A stretch of 64,000 nucleotides of DNA from Felis catus (GCF_018350175.1 NC_058368.1:26042001-26106000); one strand, 5' to 3'. Positions 12,930 to 25,911 are shown, counted from the first letter of the stretch. Program-made: numbers and translations. The notes: generated from the sequence alone by a model not told the origin.

Positions 12930-13539
12930 AACAACTTAACAAAGCAAAAGCAGCGGCTTTCCCCCAGCTAATGTGTACAATGCACAGGCTCCGAGAAGGA
13001 ATCCTGCCGGGTCCCCTCACTTCCAACACCAGTAATGCTTGCTCCCTGATCCCAGAAGTCTTTCCAGAAGTCATCTGACCCATTGGCAGGCCGGGGCCCC
13101 TGGGAGACCTTGACCCAGAGAGCACCAAGATCATCAAAATTAATTGCTGACTTTCAGAATTTAAAGCCCAAGGTTACAAGAGCCCCGTGCGCGGGGCCAC
13201 TCTGAATGAATTCACAGCTGCGCTCGGGCAGCCCGGGAGCTTGGACGCGTCACAGCGGTGAACTGGTGGTTCTCCAACCCAAACAGATTTGTAACAGTGG
13301 CACAGGCGTCCAGGACTGCCAGAGCAGCATTTGTGTCCGACAAATGAGGCCTCTGTCGGGACAAAGGGGGCTCTTAGGACTCATTCTGCTTTGGCTGCTT
13401 TATACCCAGCAAGAGCCAGGGGACTTCTTTTGTTAGGATCAGGAAACAAAAGTGATTCATTTCATCACGCACCCTCACCAGGGTCTTTGTGGTCAACCAA
13501 TGCAGCGAGGCTTTGCAGCGGGCAACCCTTACAGACACC

Positions 13540-13745
13540 GCTTACTGAGGGCCTACTAAGGGCCAGGGATTATTCTAGGTACTGGGCACATGTTGCCTAA
13601 TTTAATCCTCCCGACAATGCTGTGATGTAGGGATTATCCCCACTGTGGTCACGTGGAAACAGAGATGCGAAGAGGGGAAGGTCACCCAGCTAGTTAACAG
13701 CCACAGAGCCAGCATTCATACTCAGGCCTGGCTCACTCCCGACTG
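13540..13745 (-). mobile_element. MIR SINE
   Basis: Reverse MIR: 'cttactgagggcctactaagggccagg...tttaatcctcccgacaat...ggaaacagag...aaggtcacccagctagt'. Confidence 0.75.
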
Positions 13746-14269
13746 ACTGCTGTCCTCAATATGTACCTGTTACTGATGTCTGATAGGCCAAAGGTAGTCC
13801 CCTCCTCTAACGTGTCGCCTCCAGGGATGTTGATCTGGAAGGCCTAGAGTATCCCTGATGTCCGACAAATACTTACAGTGAATGGAACACAACCCAAAAG
13901 ATATGAGAAGACTGAGGTTGACCGAGAGTGTCTTCTAAAAGTCACAGAAAATGTCCCCACTCAATACAAGGATGTTCAGAGAGGCTTTGTAAAAAGCGTT
14001 AGGGTAAAAACAAATGGAGGTCTAAGTTTCTATCAATAACTGACTCATCAGAGTCCCCTACCTCGTCTATATTGATTCTATAAAGGCCAGAAGCTCCAGC
14101 TGAACACTTTCCTCATGGTTTCCAATTAGTTCCAATCTCTCATGATAAACTTCATATGTTCAGTCAGCCTTCTCTATCCAGATGCACCAATTCAGCATTT
14201 GTGGCCTTGCCTAAAGAAGGGCCCAGGGCAACATTTGCTATTTATTGTCTTTGTGAGTCTTGCCCTTCC

Positions 14270-14425
14270 GACAGGTGTGAGGTGATAGCTCATGTGTGGT
14301 TTTGACTTGCATTTCCCTGGTGATATGGGATGTTGAGCATCTTTTCACATGTCTGTTGGCCATCTGTATGTCTTCTTTGGAAAGTGTCTATTCAGTTTCC
14401 TCAACCATACTTCAATAAAAAATAA
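14270..14425 (-). mobile_element. LINE-1 ORF2 fragment
   Basis: 'gacaggtgtgaggtgatagctcat...ggttttgacttgcatttccctg...gttgagcatcttttcacatgtctgttggccatctgtatgtcttctttggaaa' is antisense L1 ORF2 3' region. Confidence 0.85.
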
Positions 14426-15131
14426 ATTGGAGAAAACTTAAGAGAGAGAAAAGAAATAACAAAAAGGAAAGAAAGAAATGGGGGTGGGGAGGGCCCAGGG
14501 CACCAGGGCAGGTGACCTCTCTTTCCTTTATCATTTCATTACGGGCCCAGAAAATGAGACGGCCTTCAACACAGCTTGTCAGCATGTTAAAATGCCAAAC
14601 GAGAAGCTCTCTGGCACAGTGTGTATGAGTCCAGAATTCCCCTCCACAAGCCCAGTTTATTCTCTGTCATGGCCTCTCCGTGCCAGATGGGAGGTACTGC
14701 TAATTTACCAGTTCGTCGACTTCCATGCACAGACATCTCCCCTCTCACCAAACCCTTGTGTCACCTTTTCCACTGACATTTGAGGCAGAATCCAAACCCT
14801 GGGTTAGGGAATCAGGTATTTGGATGCCCCAAGTTTCCAATTCTAGTTCTTCTCGGGGTTAGGGACGAGTAACTGTGGCTAAGCCATTATCACCTCACTT
14901 CTCTGTTCCTGGAGACAACTGGGGAGCAAGATCCTAAACCCAAGGCTGAAGAGACAAAAATTTAAGAAAGGAATGGAGAGAAGGGTGACTGTGAAGAGAG
15001 GGAAGGAAGAATAGGATTACTTCAAAGCTGAAGCAAACTCTATTCCCTGTGCATCAATCCTGTTTTTTCCCCAACGGATTTTTATTGAGTACTTCTATTT
15101 TCTGACGTACTAGATACTGAAGAGCCAGTGG

Positions 15132-15560
15132 TGTATCAATCAGGGTACCAGCAGGAAGCACCTACCCTCGGGAGTTAATGAAGGACTATTTGCAAAGGTG
15201 TAGGTAGAGTCTAAAGGAACCAGGAGAAGATGAGGAGGACCCCAGGAGAGCAGTAACAGGAAGCTCACTGCTAAGCCCAGAGAGCCAAGGGGAGGCAATG
15301 AGCAAAGGAATTGGGCCAAGAATGTAGCTATAGGAATGGGGCTTCCAGACAGCCACACTGGCCTTTGATAGATGGATGCAGTTACTGCCAAATATTGGCC
15401 CAGTGCTGAGGAATCTGGGGTATTAAATACCCCGAACATTGAGGGGCCCAAATGGAAGCCAAAAGGTAAGAGTCCAAAGATGCTGTGTTTAGAGTTCTAA
15501 GAATAGGGTATAGAGCAGGATGGCTAATGAGCTGGTTGGGGGTGGGGGTGGGGCAAGCTG
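15132..15560 (-). mobile_element. Old ERVL-class LTR (LTR33/LTR16-like)
   Basis: Begins 'tgtatcaatcagggtaccagcaggaagca' and contains 'aatgaaggactatttgcaaaggtgtagg', resembling ERVL LTR ends; family from memory. Confidence 0.5.
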
Positions 15561-16409
15561 AGACCATCCAGCATAAAGTGGTGAATGAGACCGAGATGTT
15601 CCAGGTCAAGAGCTACATATAGGAGCCTGGGTCCAAGCCTACCAAGATGTCAAGTCAAGGGCTCTTTGGTTATAACAATAAAGTCTCTATTTGCTGAAGT
15701 CCTCATTGCAGTAGGCCCTGCAACTCAGCCTCTTAGGATCCAAGGATACCAGGTCAGTTGACTCTCTCTGGATCTGGGGCCCTCCCTGGGCCGAGCTTGA
15801 CAGCATCTGTCTCTGCCCTTTGACACTGGCTCTGACTGATGGGTTGAGAATCAGTGGCCTTCCCTGAACTGAAGCTCTCTAAAACCACCATCCCCTCCAA
15901 CATGCAAACAAGACAAAAGAGGGAAATTCGTTCATGAATAAAAAAGCAACAGCTTTCAAGCCTGCATGGGGATTTACTATAGACAATGGAAAGCTAATTT
16001 CAAAACATACTAATTTACTCATTAAAGCAGATCCCCAAAGGATTCTCTCCCAAGCAGTACTTTTTGTTGGCACATTTTGTATTTCATGTACACCTGAAAG
16101 TCATAAAATCACAACTTTAAAGCCATCCTGTAAATCCTAGTCTTTTCAATTTCTTCCTGATATTCCCAACAATCAGTCTAATGCACTGAGATTTCCATGA
16201 ATATCTCTCCAAGATAGGCAAGCATGCAGAGTCTAGGTACCAGAAGATAGGGGTTGAGACTTATGAAGTGAACCCTGCCTCTTGGCTTCTTCTTGCCATC
16301 ATGAGGGTCTCCTTTGGGAAATGTAGACGATGAGAAAAGTCAGAGGACATGAGGTTTGGAAGTTTGAATTTTCTCCTATTTAATGGAAAGGAAAGTGAAA
16401 TGAATTAGT

Positions 16410-16600
16410 GAAAAGATCATTGGCTTTGGAGTTAGACATGGGTTTGAATCTCACCTACATCTCTCACCCTGGGTAAGTATCAAACAGTCTTTTGTCTCCA
16501 TTTGCTCATTTATAAAATGGGGATAGTAACAAATACCTCCTAGGGCCAGCTGAGGAGTAAATGGGATGAGGAATGTGGAGTATCTAATACAGAGTCTGGT
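16410..16600 (+). mobile_element. MIR SINE
   Basis: 'ggctttggagttagacatgggtttgaatctc...ctcatttataaaatggggatagtaac'. Confidence 0.75.
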
Positions 16601-16705
16601 GCCCTCAAAACTGTTTCCTTTTCAAAAGTCTGGGGCAGGGTCTTGGCAGAACACTAGCAATATGGAAGGCCCCTGCTTGGGAAAGATGACTGGGGGTGGG
16701 GGTTA

Positions 16706-17400
16706 TGTTAGTTTTCTGAGGCTTCTGTAGCAAAGTTTCACAAACTGGGTGGCTTAACCAACATCAGTTTATTGTCTCATGATTCTGGAGACTGCAAGTC
16801 TGAAATCAAGGTGCTAGTAAGGTTGGTTCCTTCTGAGAGCTGTGAGGGAGAGTCCTAGCTTCCAGTATTGTGGGAACAGGTGGAGAGATCTATGCAAGGT
16901 CCGTTGTCTGTCATGACTTTGGGCCTGAAATCTCCATAGGTCAGGGGCTGGCAGTTGGGAAGGAAAGCTAGGTAGGAAGTAGGAAAGGGCAAGAGCAAAT
17001 AGAAACCTTCGAAGAAAATCTGAAACCCTCAAGAACAAACTGGCCCTCACATCTGTCTTTCACCACCTCCAGGGTCGATAACATAGGAGGCCTACGGGAG
17101 AGTGGGTGCCTGTGCCTCAGAGCTGCACATATACCTGGCCCTGCCCTTGGAGAAGCTGAAATATGAGAGCTGGTGGGAGCTGGGGAGAACTACAGGCCAA
17201 CAGCCAGAGGACCCATAACGACGTATGTGAGCTGGGCCTATTCTGACCTTCAGACCATAAAATATGGCCTCTCCCCTGCTCCTGCCTTCCAAATATTAAG
17301 CAAACTTCTTTTGTGGGCAACCCTATCCTTGAACTTTTTGGAGAAGGGAATCAGGGAAATACTGTTTCATATTAGCTAAATTAACTCAGCGTGAACCCAT
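16706..17400 (-). mobile_element. MaLR MLT1 LTR fragment (16706-~16860) adjoining a second old LTR-like segment
   Basis: 'tgttagttttctgaggcttctgtagcaaagtttcacaaactgggtggcttaaccaac...tttattgtctcatgattctggagactgcaagtctgaaatcaaggtg' is the reverse MLT1 end; identity of the remainder uncertain. Confidence 0.65.
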
Positions 17401-18529
17401 CACAGGGTTGTGTAGGCAGTGGAAACATAGAAGGTTCTGATGAAGGCATCTATTTGACAAAATTGGTATTTTGAAGAAGATTAATTTTATATTGTATACG
17501 ATGGGCTGGAGGAAGATGAAAATGAAGATGGTGTAGTTAGAAGTTTATTGTAGTAGTCTGGGTGTGAGATTATAAAGGCCTGAGAAAGGGCTGCAGGGGA
17601 CAAAATGGAAATGAGGAGCTAGATTTAGAAATGTTCTAAAGGAAGAATTGACAGAGCTTGCTAAACCGGAGAATTGAAGAGTGAGGGCATGAATGCTTTT
17701 GAGGGATTGAGCCTGGGTGATAAGTAGGATTGTGGCCCTTGAAAGGAAATTATTTGTTTAAAAGCTATTCTATTCCAATAGACTGGTTATTCTATTCTGT
17801 TGAGATGCATTATAATATTCAAAGAAGTTTAAAAGTTTTGGACATTTGAACAGTTTCTAACTACAGGACAGCAAAGAAATAAATGACTGCCTTGGAGTAC
17901 TGATAAAGGGGGAGCAGGAAATTCTACTGAGCTGTTAGTAAATTTGGGTGCCAAGGACTCCTGTTTGGTAGAAGGTCGTTGAGTCCAGAGGTCCTCTGCA
18001 GGGGGCTGGCCGTTCCTCCCCATTTTATACTTGATCCTAAGGAAAGGAAGGAAGAACTATTTATGGCTGGTGTTTTTGTCTTAACTTTAGAATGCAAGTT
18101 CTTAATCTGGGTTTCTTAAACTCCTTTGAGTTTCAGGGAGCTTGTAAAGTTTCTGAAGTTTGTCACAAAAGTTTTGGTGTTTTGCGAGGACATGGAAGGA
18201 CTGCGGCTTCCAGCAGATTTTCAGCGAGATCTGGTTTCCGAACAGGTGAAGAATCTTTCGCATAGAGAGGGACACCACTGGACATAGTTACTGGCTCAAT
18301 CCACACTCAGCTTTGTTCCATGTCCATTGTTGCCCCAGCACCTGGGACCTTTGGGCATATGGAGAGAGAAGGGGTAAAGCGGAGAGGATTCCAGACAGAG
18401 CAAGGAGCCAGCTTCTGATAGTTCCCTCCTTTTCCTCTCCCGCTAAGTGAAAACAGCATGCAAGGGTTTGAGACAGAGGCCTCCTGATTTTGCAAGGTCG
18501 TTCTGTTCATACCAGGTGCATAACCAGTG

Positions 18530-19242
18530 TGCACTAAGTACTTTTCTGGAAGCTAATTGACTGAGGGACTGGTTCCAAAATTTCTGCTTGGGACTCAAAC
18601 ATTAAGGCCACGGACAAGCTAGCAAACTGCCCTTTCTTAGATGTTGCTTCCTGTTTCCGATTGTAATTCCCTGTGCCAGGCTTACTAATTGGCTCGTTTG
18701 CCTTGAGTCTACTGTATCCTGCACTGACCAATCCCATCAATAGCAGATTAGTTCCAAAAGGACTGCAGTGCACAATCGCTATTCTTTGGCTTCGCAGCAT
18801 CTGAATCCACGTCCTGGTTGTGGGGAGTCCCCCACTGTGGTAGCAGAGATGGGAGGCAGGCGCCCCCTTCCCACACAGGAAACCAGAATAGAAAAATAAT
18901 GATTCCTCTCCTATCCCTCTGGGTATCAGGATGAGGGCATATGGCTTGCTTACACCAGTTGGATACTCCCACCAGAACTTCAACTGTGAATGAGTGACAG
19001 AGTGCTTCTGATGATGGGACCCAATTCATAGCCGTGGCAGTTATGTGGCATCCAGTGGTGGGGACTGTGTATGATTTGGTGGTGGTAGAGCCCTGGAAAG
19101 TTCATTTCTGCTTTCTGGATGCCTTTATCAACCCTCCTATCCATGTTGTCAATGATCTGTTATCCTTCCAACAGATACGTTTTTGTATGAGTTAACCAGA
19201 TTTTATTTCTGTTGCTTGCAGTTAGGAACCCAGAGAGATATA
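18530..19242 (+). mobile_element. Old ERVL LTR (LTR16-like)
   Basis: Ends 'gagttaaccagattttatttctgttgcttgcagttaggaacccagagagata', like LTR16-group termini; 5' limit uncertain. Confidence 0.55.
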
Positions 19243-19335
19243 GGCAAAGAAGAAAGCTAGTCTCTCGAGCCCTTTAAATCACCTTTACCATGAAACATGG
19301 GTTGAAATAAAGGTTCCAGCCCTTGAAATGCCTCC

Positions 19336-19834
19336 TGCGATGGTTAATTTTATCTGTCAACTTGACTGGGCCATGGAGTGCTCAGATATTTGGTCAAACA
19401 TTATTGTGTCAGTGCGGGTGCTTTTGGTGAGATTAACTTTTAAACTGGTAGACTGAATGAAGCAGGCTGTCCTCCATAATGGGGGTGGGCCTTGTCCAAT
19501 CAGTTGAAGACCGGAATAGAACAAAAAGACTGAGCCTCCCAAGGGTAAAAGGGAATTCTTCCTACCCGACAGCTTTTAGACTGCAACATTGGCTTTTGTC
19601 TTGTCTTTGGACTCAAACTGCACCATCGCCTCTTCTGGTTCTTGGGCCTTTAGACTCAGACTGGCGTTAAACCTTTGGTCCTCCTGGATCTCCAGCTGCA
19701 AACACACCCTGCAAATCCTGGTTCTTGCCAGCCTCCTTAACCACATGAGCCAATTCCTTATAATAAATCTCATTCTATCTCTATTTCTCTACCTCCTATT
19801 GGTTCTATTTCTCTGGAGAATCCTGATCAATGCA
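19336..19834 (+). mobile_element. Solo MLT2 (ERVL) LTR
   Basis: TG...CA termini: 'tgcgatggttaattttatctgtcaacttgactgggcc' ... 'ctctggagaatcctgatcaatgca'; aataaa near 19762; 5-bp flanks cctcc/actcc. Confidence 0.92.
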
Positions 19835-20014
19835 ACTCCCCATTGAAGTAACATGAGGACCTAACAGTCCAATCTAGGGGCACCTCCTGGTGGATAGGGT
19901 GTAAAATTCCAGATTGAGGTCCCCCCTCTGATAAGAAATGGACCATTTGGGATAAAGTAGGGTTGTAGTCCTGACCTTGTGGTGAAGTAGTCTCTCTCTC
20001 TCACTCTCTCTCTC

Positions 20015-20235
20015 TTTTTTTTTTTTTTTTTCCAACGTTTATTTATTTTTGGGACAGAGAGAGACAGAGCATGAACGGGGGAGGCGCAGAGAGAGAGGGA
20101 GACACAGAATCGGAAACAGGCTCCAGGCTCTGAGCCATCAGCCCAGAGCCTGGGGCGGGGCTCGAACTCACGGACCGCGAGATCGTGACCTGGCTGAAGT
20201 CGGACGCTTAACCGACTGCGCCACCCAGGCGCCCC
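20015..20235 (-). mobile_element. Young feline CAN-SINE (SINEC_Fc-type)
   Basis: Near-consensus, CpGs retained ('cggaccgcgagatcgtgacctggctgaagtcggacg'), pure T tail, tctctctttt on both flanks. Confidence 0.97.
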
Positions 20236-21592
20236 TCTCTCTTTTTAAGAGATACTATACAATAGAAGATCTTTGTGTAGATGTTTTCCTGAGAGTTTAT
20301 GCTGTTCAACAAGAAGTGTTTTTTCCTTTGGGATTAAAGCATTCTATGTATTTTTATCACTTCTTTTTGAAATAGATCTTTGAAAAAAATGACCAATACC
20401 ATATAAAAGAAAAATTCAGAGGCTCTCACAAAGAAATAAAAATTACTTGAATATTTTAATTATATATATATCTTTCTAAACATAATGAGAGTTTATGTGT
20501 ATATACTCAGAGGATTGATGTCTATCAAGATAGAAATGGTCCTTGGTTCTGCTCCATGGAGCTAATGGTCTATTGGAGAAGACTGAAATTAATCAAAATG
20601 TGGCTGCATCTCCCACACATGTGGACGCATACGGAAGGCTAATTTCTTAGCATCTTCTAAAATGGATCTCTTCTTTCTAACACTGCAAAATATTCCTTCT
20701 CAAATACTTATTAGGTCTCATAACACTGGGCAGCAGACCAAGATTAGTATTTTCTCTTATCATCTCCTAGATTTTTTTTTTTAGTATTCCAAATGCGTGC
20801 AAGATAGTAAGCCTCTCAGTAATGTGATCCCCACACCTATATTCTGATTCACCCCATTCCCCCTGTAGGTTTGTTTGCTCCTTTGTTGCAGTGGTGCTAG
20901 CTAGCCAATTCAATATTGAGTAATGTGATCTGGGCCCCTGGGGCACTGTTCCCAGCTATGATCTGAGAAGGTGAGCTGTATGTGAAGGTGCTCTGGGCAT
21001 GTCCTGAACTTCTTCATCTTTAGCTAATGTTTACCAATCACTGTTCTATGTTGCATGCAGGTTTTCAACTTCAGTCCAAAGCCACACATCCTGAAGTCTC
21101 TATCAGACATAAAAATTAAGAGGGAGATCATTGGGACAAATAAAATTACATTTAAATAGGACAGTGGAGTCCCAATATAGACATAATCCCAATTCTAAAA
21201 ATTTTGAATGTTAGTAATACCACTCTAGGGCGAGATAGTAAATAATTATTTTTTGGTCAAAATGATTAAACCTTATGGTAAGTTATATTCTCAAAACAGG
21301 AAGTCCTTCTATTACTATTTGTGCTTCTAAAATGATCTGGAAAGAAATTACACTGTCAGAAAGAAAGCATGAAGCATAAGGAATTGGGAAATTAGAATTT
21401 CAGGGCCAGTTTACTTTTCAGTAATTTATTTTGTGCCCATAACCAATTTACATTTTTGGTAACTTATTTTTTTTGGTCCCACTTCTAGAATGAGAGTACC
21501 CATTGTCTATATGACCATGTTACTTTTATCAGAGGTGATAATATATAGAGATTTGGAAATGATATTATGATAGCACTTGAAAACTAAAATTT

Positions 21593-21804
21593 AAAAAAAA
21601 ATTTTTTTAATGTTTATTTTTGAGAGAGAGAGAGACAGAGTGTGAGCAGGGGAGGGGCAGAGAGAGGGAGACATGGAACCCAAAGCAGGCTCTAGGCTGT
21701 GAGCTGTCAGCACAGAGCCTGACATAGGGCTTGAACTCATAAACCACGAGATCCTGACCTGAGCCGAAGTCGGATGCCTAACCGACTGAGCCACCCAGGT
21801 GCTC
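21593..21804 (-). mobile_element. CAN-SINE (SINEC)
   Basis: Complete SINEC; 'tgaaaact' on both flanks. Confidence 0.95.
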
Positions 21805-22434
21805 TGAAAACTGAAAGTTTTAAACCAAATAGCACTATTTACTGTACCAGCATCACTTTCAGACAATTATCAAAAACGTAAGCTCTTATCCAGCACATGA
21901 CAGAGAATTCAGAATTATTTTCTGCAAGGGTTCTAGTCTGTTTTTGGATCTTTGATGGAAAATAGCCAAGTCCTCAGAGAGGCCACATATTCACTTGAAC
22001 TTTAGATATAAGAGGTTCATTGTGTCTGTATGTTCCCTTCTCTGGGAAAGTATGAAAGTGAGGAATTTGGCCTACTATATAATTCTTTTGTTTTAATCAG
22101 CATGGACCCCAGGGAGTCCTGGGGTCAAAACCCAATTCCCACCATCTTATTGGTTGTATTATCTTGGGCAGATTTTTATTTAATTTCTGAGTCCCAGTCT
22201 CTTCATATATAATAGAAATATAAATATCTTCCTTGGAGATGGTAGGGAGGATTCACTGAAGTCATGTTTATAGATGTCTGGTGGTTTACCTGGCACATAT
22301 TGGTGCACAGTGTCTTTGGATCCCTTTTCCTTCCCTGTATGAACAATTTTTAACCAACACCTGTGACTCAAGCAAGGATAATAGAATTATTGGTCTATGT
22401 GTAGAATTAGGTGCAATATATGAATCTGTATCTT

Positions 22435-22660
22435 TTTTTTTTTTAATATATTTTTTTCAACGTTTATTTATTTTTGGGACAGAGAGAGACAGAGCATGAA
22501 CGGGGGAGGGGCAGAGAGAGAGGGAGACACAGAATCGGAAACAGGCTCCAGGCTCCGAGCCATCAGCCCAGAGCCCGACGCGGGGCTCGAACTCACGGAC
22601 CGCGAGATCGTGACCTGGCTGAAGTCGGACGCTTAACCGACTGCGCCACCCAGGCGCCCC
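22435..22660 (-). mobile_element. Young feline CAN-SINE (SINEC_Fc-type)
   Basis: Near-consensus; perfect TSD tgaatctgtatctt at 22421-22434 and 22661-22674. Confidence 0.98.
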
Positions 22661-23589
22661 TGAATCTGTATCTTGAAAACAAATGTGATACCAAGTAAAA
22701 CTCTAATCATAGTAACATTAGCTAATATTGACCGAGAAAGAATAAAAGTTGGATCACAGTCTATATTTCCAGAAATTCCAGAAGTTGATAAAAACAAGGA
22801 TGGCAGGGAGAGGTTACCTTTTGATTATTGAGAACTAAAAGTTGGGAGCTACATGTTTTGTTTTGTTTTGTTTTGTTTTGGTTTTGGTTTTTCCACCCCA
22901 GGTCTCACTGAACTGCCTGAGTAACCAAACAAATTCTTCACTTTTCTTAAATTAGCTTCCCAAATGGGGGAATTAGGGATTTATTTTATTTTGCTGGGCA
23001 GTCAATGCCATGTGCTTAGAGATTCTTGGATGAAAGATGGAGTCCACCTGAAATATTGCTGTTGACAAAATAAATCAAACATCAAAACCTCCAATGCTCT
23101 GCTCATCACTTCCAGAAAAGCTGTGTTAGGGCATTTCTGGTGAAGTAGAACATGTAACCCAATGCACATTTCTTGCAAATTATTTTCATAGGATAAAATA
23201 TTATTTCACTGTGACTGTCACCCTTATTTTAGCAGTTTACTTGGAAGACAGCCCTTAAACCTACTGACCAAAAAATATCAATTGCTTTTTTTGGGTGGTT
23301 AAAAAATAGAAGAAGCAGAAATTAAGGCACAAAATGACTTAGGAAGAAAAACCACCGATTGCCCTCCCAAATCTTGATTGAACTGCAAAGATTACCAGAA
23401 ACGTTTGGTTTTGGTGGCATTTGTGGGATGTCAGCTAAAACCCCATGGTTCTCTTTTCTGGAAATAGTTACTTCAGACATATAACTTCAGACTCTTCTCA
23501 GCAAAAAGCATAGAAAAGGAAAAAGGAAACTACCTCTTCTCTGTGTGTACCAGCCTGTACCTCCCATCCCACCCCACCCCGGCAGGGGG

Positions 23590-23985
23590 GAGGTCTTGCA
23601 AGCCAAGAAGGCCATACTGGAAGTGTCCGCACCCACAGGAACACCACCTAGAGACTGCCCCACCTCCCAAGACCCTAGACATTTTGGAGCCAGGGTATGT
23701 TTGGCAGACCATCCCTCATAGAAATGTGGGATCACCACATCAGCATTGTGCTTCCCGAACTGTGGAGTCCACCATAAAGAAGATTGAAGACGAGCCCATT
23801 CCAGCATTGATCAAAGGTTGACCAGGCCGACAAGTAGGAAAGCGAGCATGACAAAGCTGATGTTGAGGCAGTGGAGAGAAGATGGTAGACCAGCCCAGAC
23901 TGTATATATCATACTGGGTCTCATCAACAAAGGTAATAATCAATGCAGCCGGTTGGTCCTAAATATAACGTATTTTTCCCACTGC
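23590..23985 (+). pseudogene. RPL23A: Highly decayed processed pseudogene of 60S ribosomal protein L23a (uL23)
   Basis: Collinear peptide blocks across frameshifts: VLQAKKAILE-VRTHR (vs ALKAKKAVLKGVHSHK), PKTL..EPGYVWQTIPHRN (vs PKTL..QPKYPRKSAPRRN), TVESTIKKIED (vs TTESAMKKIED), ggagagaag (GEK). No introns; frameshifts and stops present. Confidence 0.8.
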
Positions 23986-25169
23986 AGAAGTCGGGGAAAT
24001 GACGTCGGCATAGACTGATATACTAAAATAAAGCTTAGCATGCTTAACAGACCTGAAATTCCCCATTGCTGGCCAAAGCGAGTGGCCAGAAACTTCAGGA
24101 GGAAACAAGAAGAAACTGGCTCAAGGTTCTTTTATAGATTCACTGTTATTTAGTTAACCGTAACCAGATTGTAACTTTCAAGGTCAGCGTCATTTGTCCA
24201 GAGCTGATTGAGTGATAAGATAGCTAAAAAGCCACTGGAAAAAAGTAGTAAATGTGATCTAGGGCCAGTGTAGGGAAGGCAAGGGTGCCTGAAACTTTCT
24301 GGTGAAGTACTGCCTGCAGTAAAGCACCGAGAATCATCTGACCTGCTTTTTTCCATGGTGAATTTCCCTCCCGGCAGAGATAGGCGATACTGTGGAGTAC
24401 CAACATCTTTTACTTCCCTCTAGCATCCTTTATTCTTTCAGAGCTAACATTTCAGAGCTACCTTATTAACTTCCAGGCCCTGCGAAGCGTGCTTTATATG
24501 CATCACCTCATGTAATGCATTGTCACAGCCACCTTGTGAGGTAGGTGCTAGAATTCATTTCGTTTTTGAAACAAGGAAACAAGGCATAGAGGAAATTAGG
24601 CCCTCACTGAGAAGGGGCCCGGGGAAAAGGGACAGAACGGGGACTCCGTCCCAGATCTGTTTTATTTCAAACCTTGTGCTTTCAATCTCCACACTGTCTC
24701 GCCTCCTACTCACTGCTTCTTAATTCTGAATTGAAAAGAAATCTGCTCCCAAGTAAATGAAAATAGAGTGAAACAGCTGTGAATGTGAACTTGAAGTGTA
24801 GTGTTGTTAGTGGGCTTAGGGGAGCAAGGGATGAGGCGGGAGGTCTGTGACAGATAACGCCTCAGTGATTTTCCACGATGATCTGAGAGGAATCATTGCT
24901 AGAATCATTAGAACAGTCACCATCAGAGAGCTGCTAGCAGCCGCAGAGTGAGCTGTGAAAATCAGGATCAGGACCTCGGGTGCCAGGTACCCCAGGGAAG
25001 ACGTCCTCTTTTTCTCACTGAGAACTATCTCCCTCATCTACCTTCTTCTCCAGTTTGAGTTTCGCCGTCTTGGCTGGTCCTCATCTTTGACTGCCATCGT
25101 GCAAACCCTCAGTGATCGCATGCGTGGTACGGAAGTGGCCCTTGTAGGCAGATGGCCTGACTTGGACAG

Positions 25170-25372
25170 ATCTACCTTTGAGTCCCAACGATGCCACTTA
25201 ACTCACTGTGTACCTTGGGGTTGGTGTCTGAATGTCTCTGAATTAGTCTCACTACCCATAAATGGCACCAGTAATACCCACTTTGCTGGGCTGTTGTAAG
25301 GATCAAGGGATACAATGGATATAAAGTATTTAGCACAGTGCCTGGCACATTATATACTCTGAAATGATAGCC
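25170..25372 (+). mobile_element. MIR SINE
   Basis: 'tttgagtcccaacgatgccacttaactcactgtgtaccttggg...gttgtaaggatcaa...aaagtatttagcacagtgcctggcacat'. Confidence 0.8.
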
Positions 25373-25493
25373 ATTCTTATGATAGAGCGTTTTTTTTCTT
25401 TTAGTTACTGTGTGTCATATATTTTTTCTCTTCACTATAGAATTCCCTACTCAAGAATGGATTGCCTTTGATGTGAGAGCACAATAACACCTA

Positions 25494-25911
25494 TGTGTTA
25501 GTTTTTTAGAACTGCTGTAACAAAGTACCATAGACTAGGTGGCTTAAACAACAGAAATTTATTTTCTCACAGTCCTGAAGGCTAAGAGTCCAAGATTAAA
25601 GTATCTGTGGGGTAGTTTCTTCTGAGGCCTCTTCCCTTGGCTTGCAGATCGCCCTCTTCTCCCTGTGTCTTCACATCGTCTTCCCTTAGTATGGAGTCTG
25701 AGTCCAGATTCCCTCTTATACAGACATGAGTTATATTAGATTAGAGCCCATCCTAATAACATCATTTCAACTCATTACCTCTTTGAAGACCCTATCTCCA
25801 AATATAATCACATACTGAAGTACTGGGGTTTAAGACTTTAATATATGAATTTATGTTAATTTAGAACATAAATTAATTGGGGGAAGGGATGGCACGATTC
25901 AGCCCATAGCA
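25494..25911 (-). mobile_element. Solo MaLR LTR (MLT1B-like)
   Basis: 'tgtgttagttttttagaactgctgtaacaaagtacca...ggtggcttaaacaacagaaatttattttctcacag' ... 'attcagcccatagca'. Confidence 0.9.

Noticed and set aside
20049..22698. Near-identical ORFs 'MGQRETEHERGRGRERGRHRIGNRLQA...' resembling paralogous genes
   Set aside because: They are translations of antisense young SINE copies.
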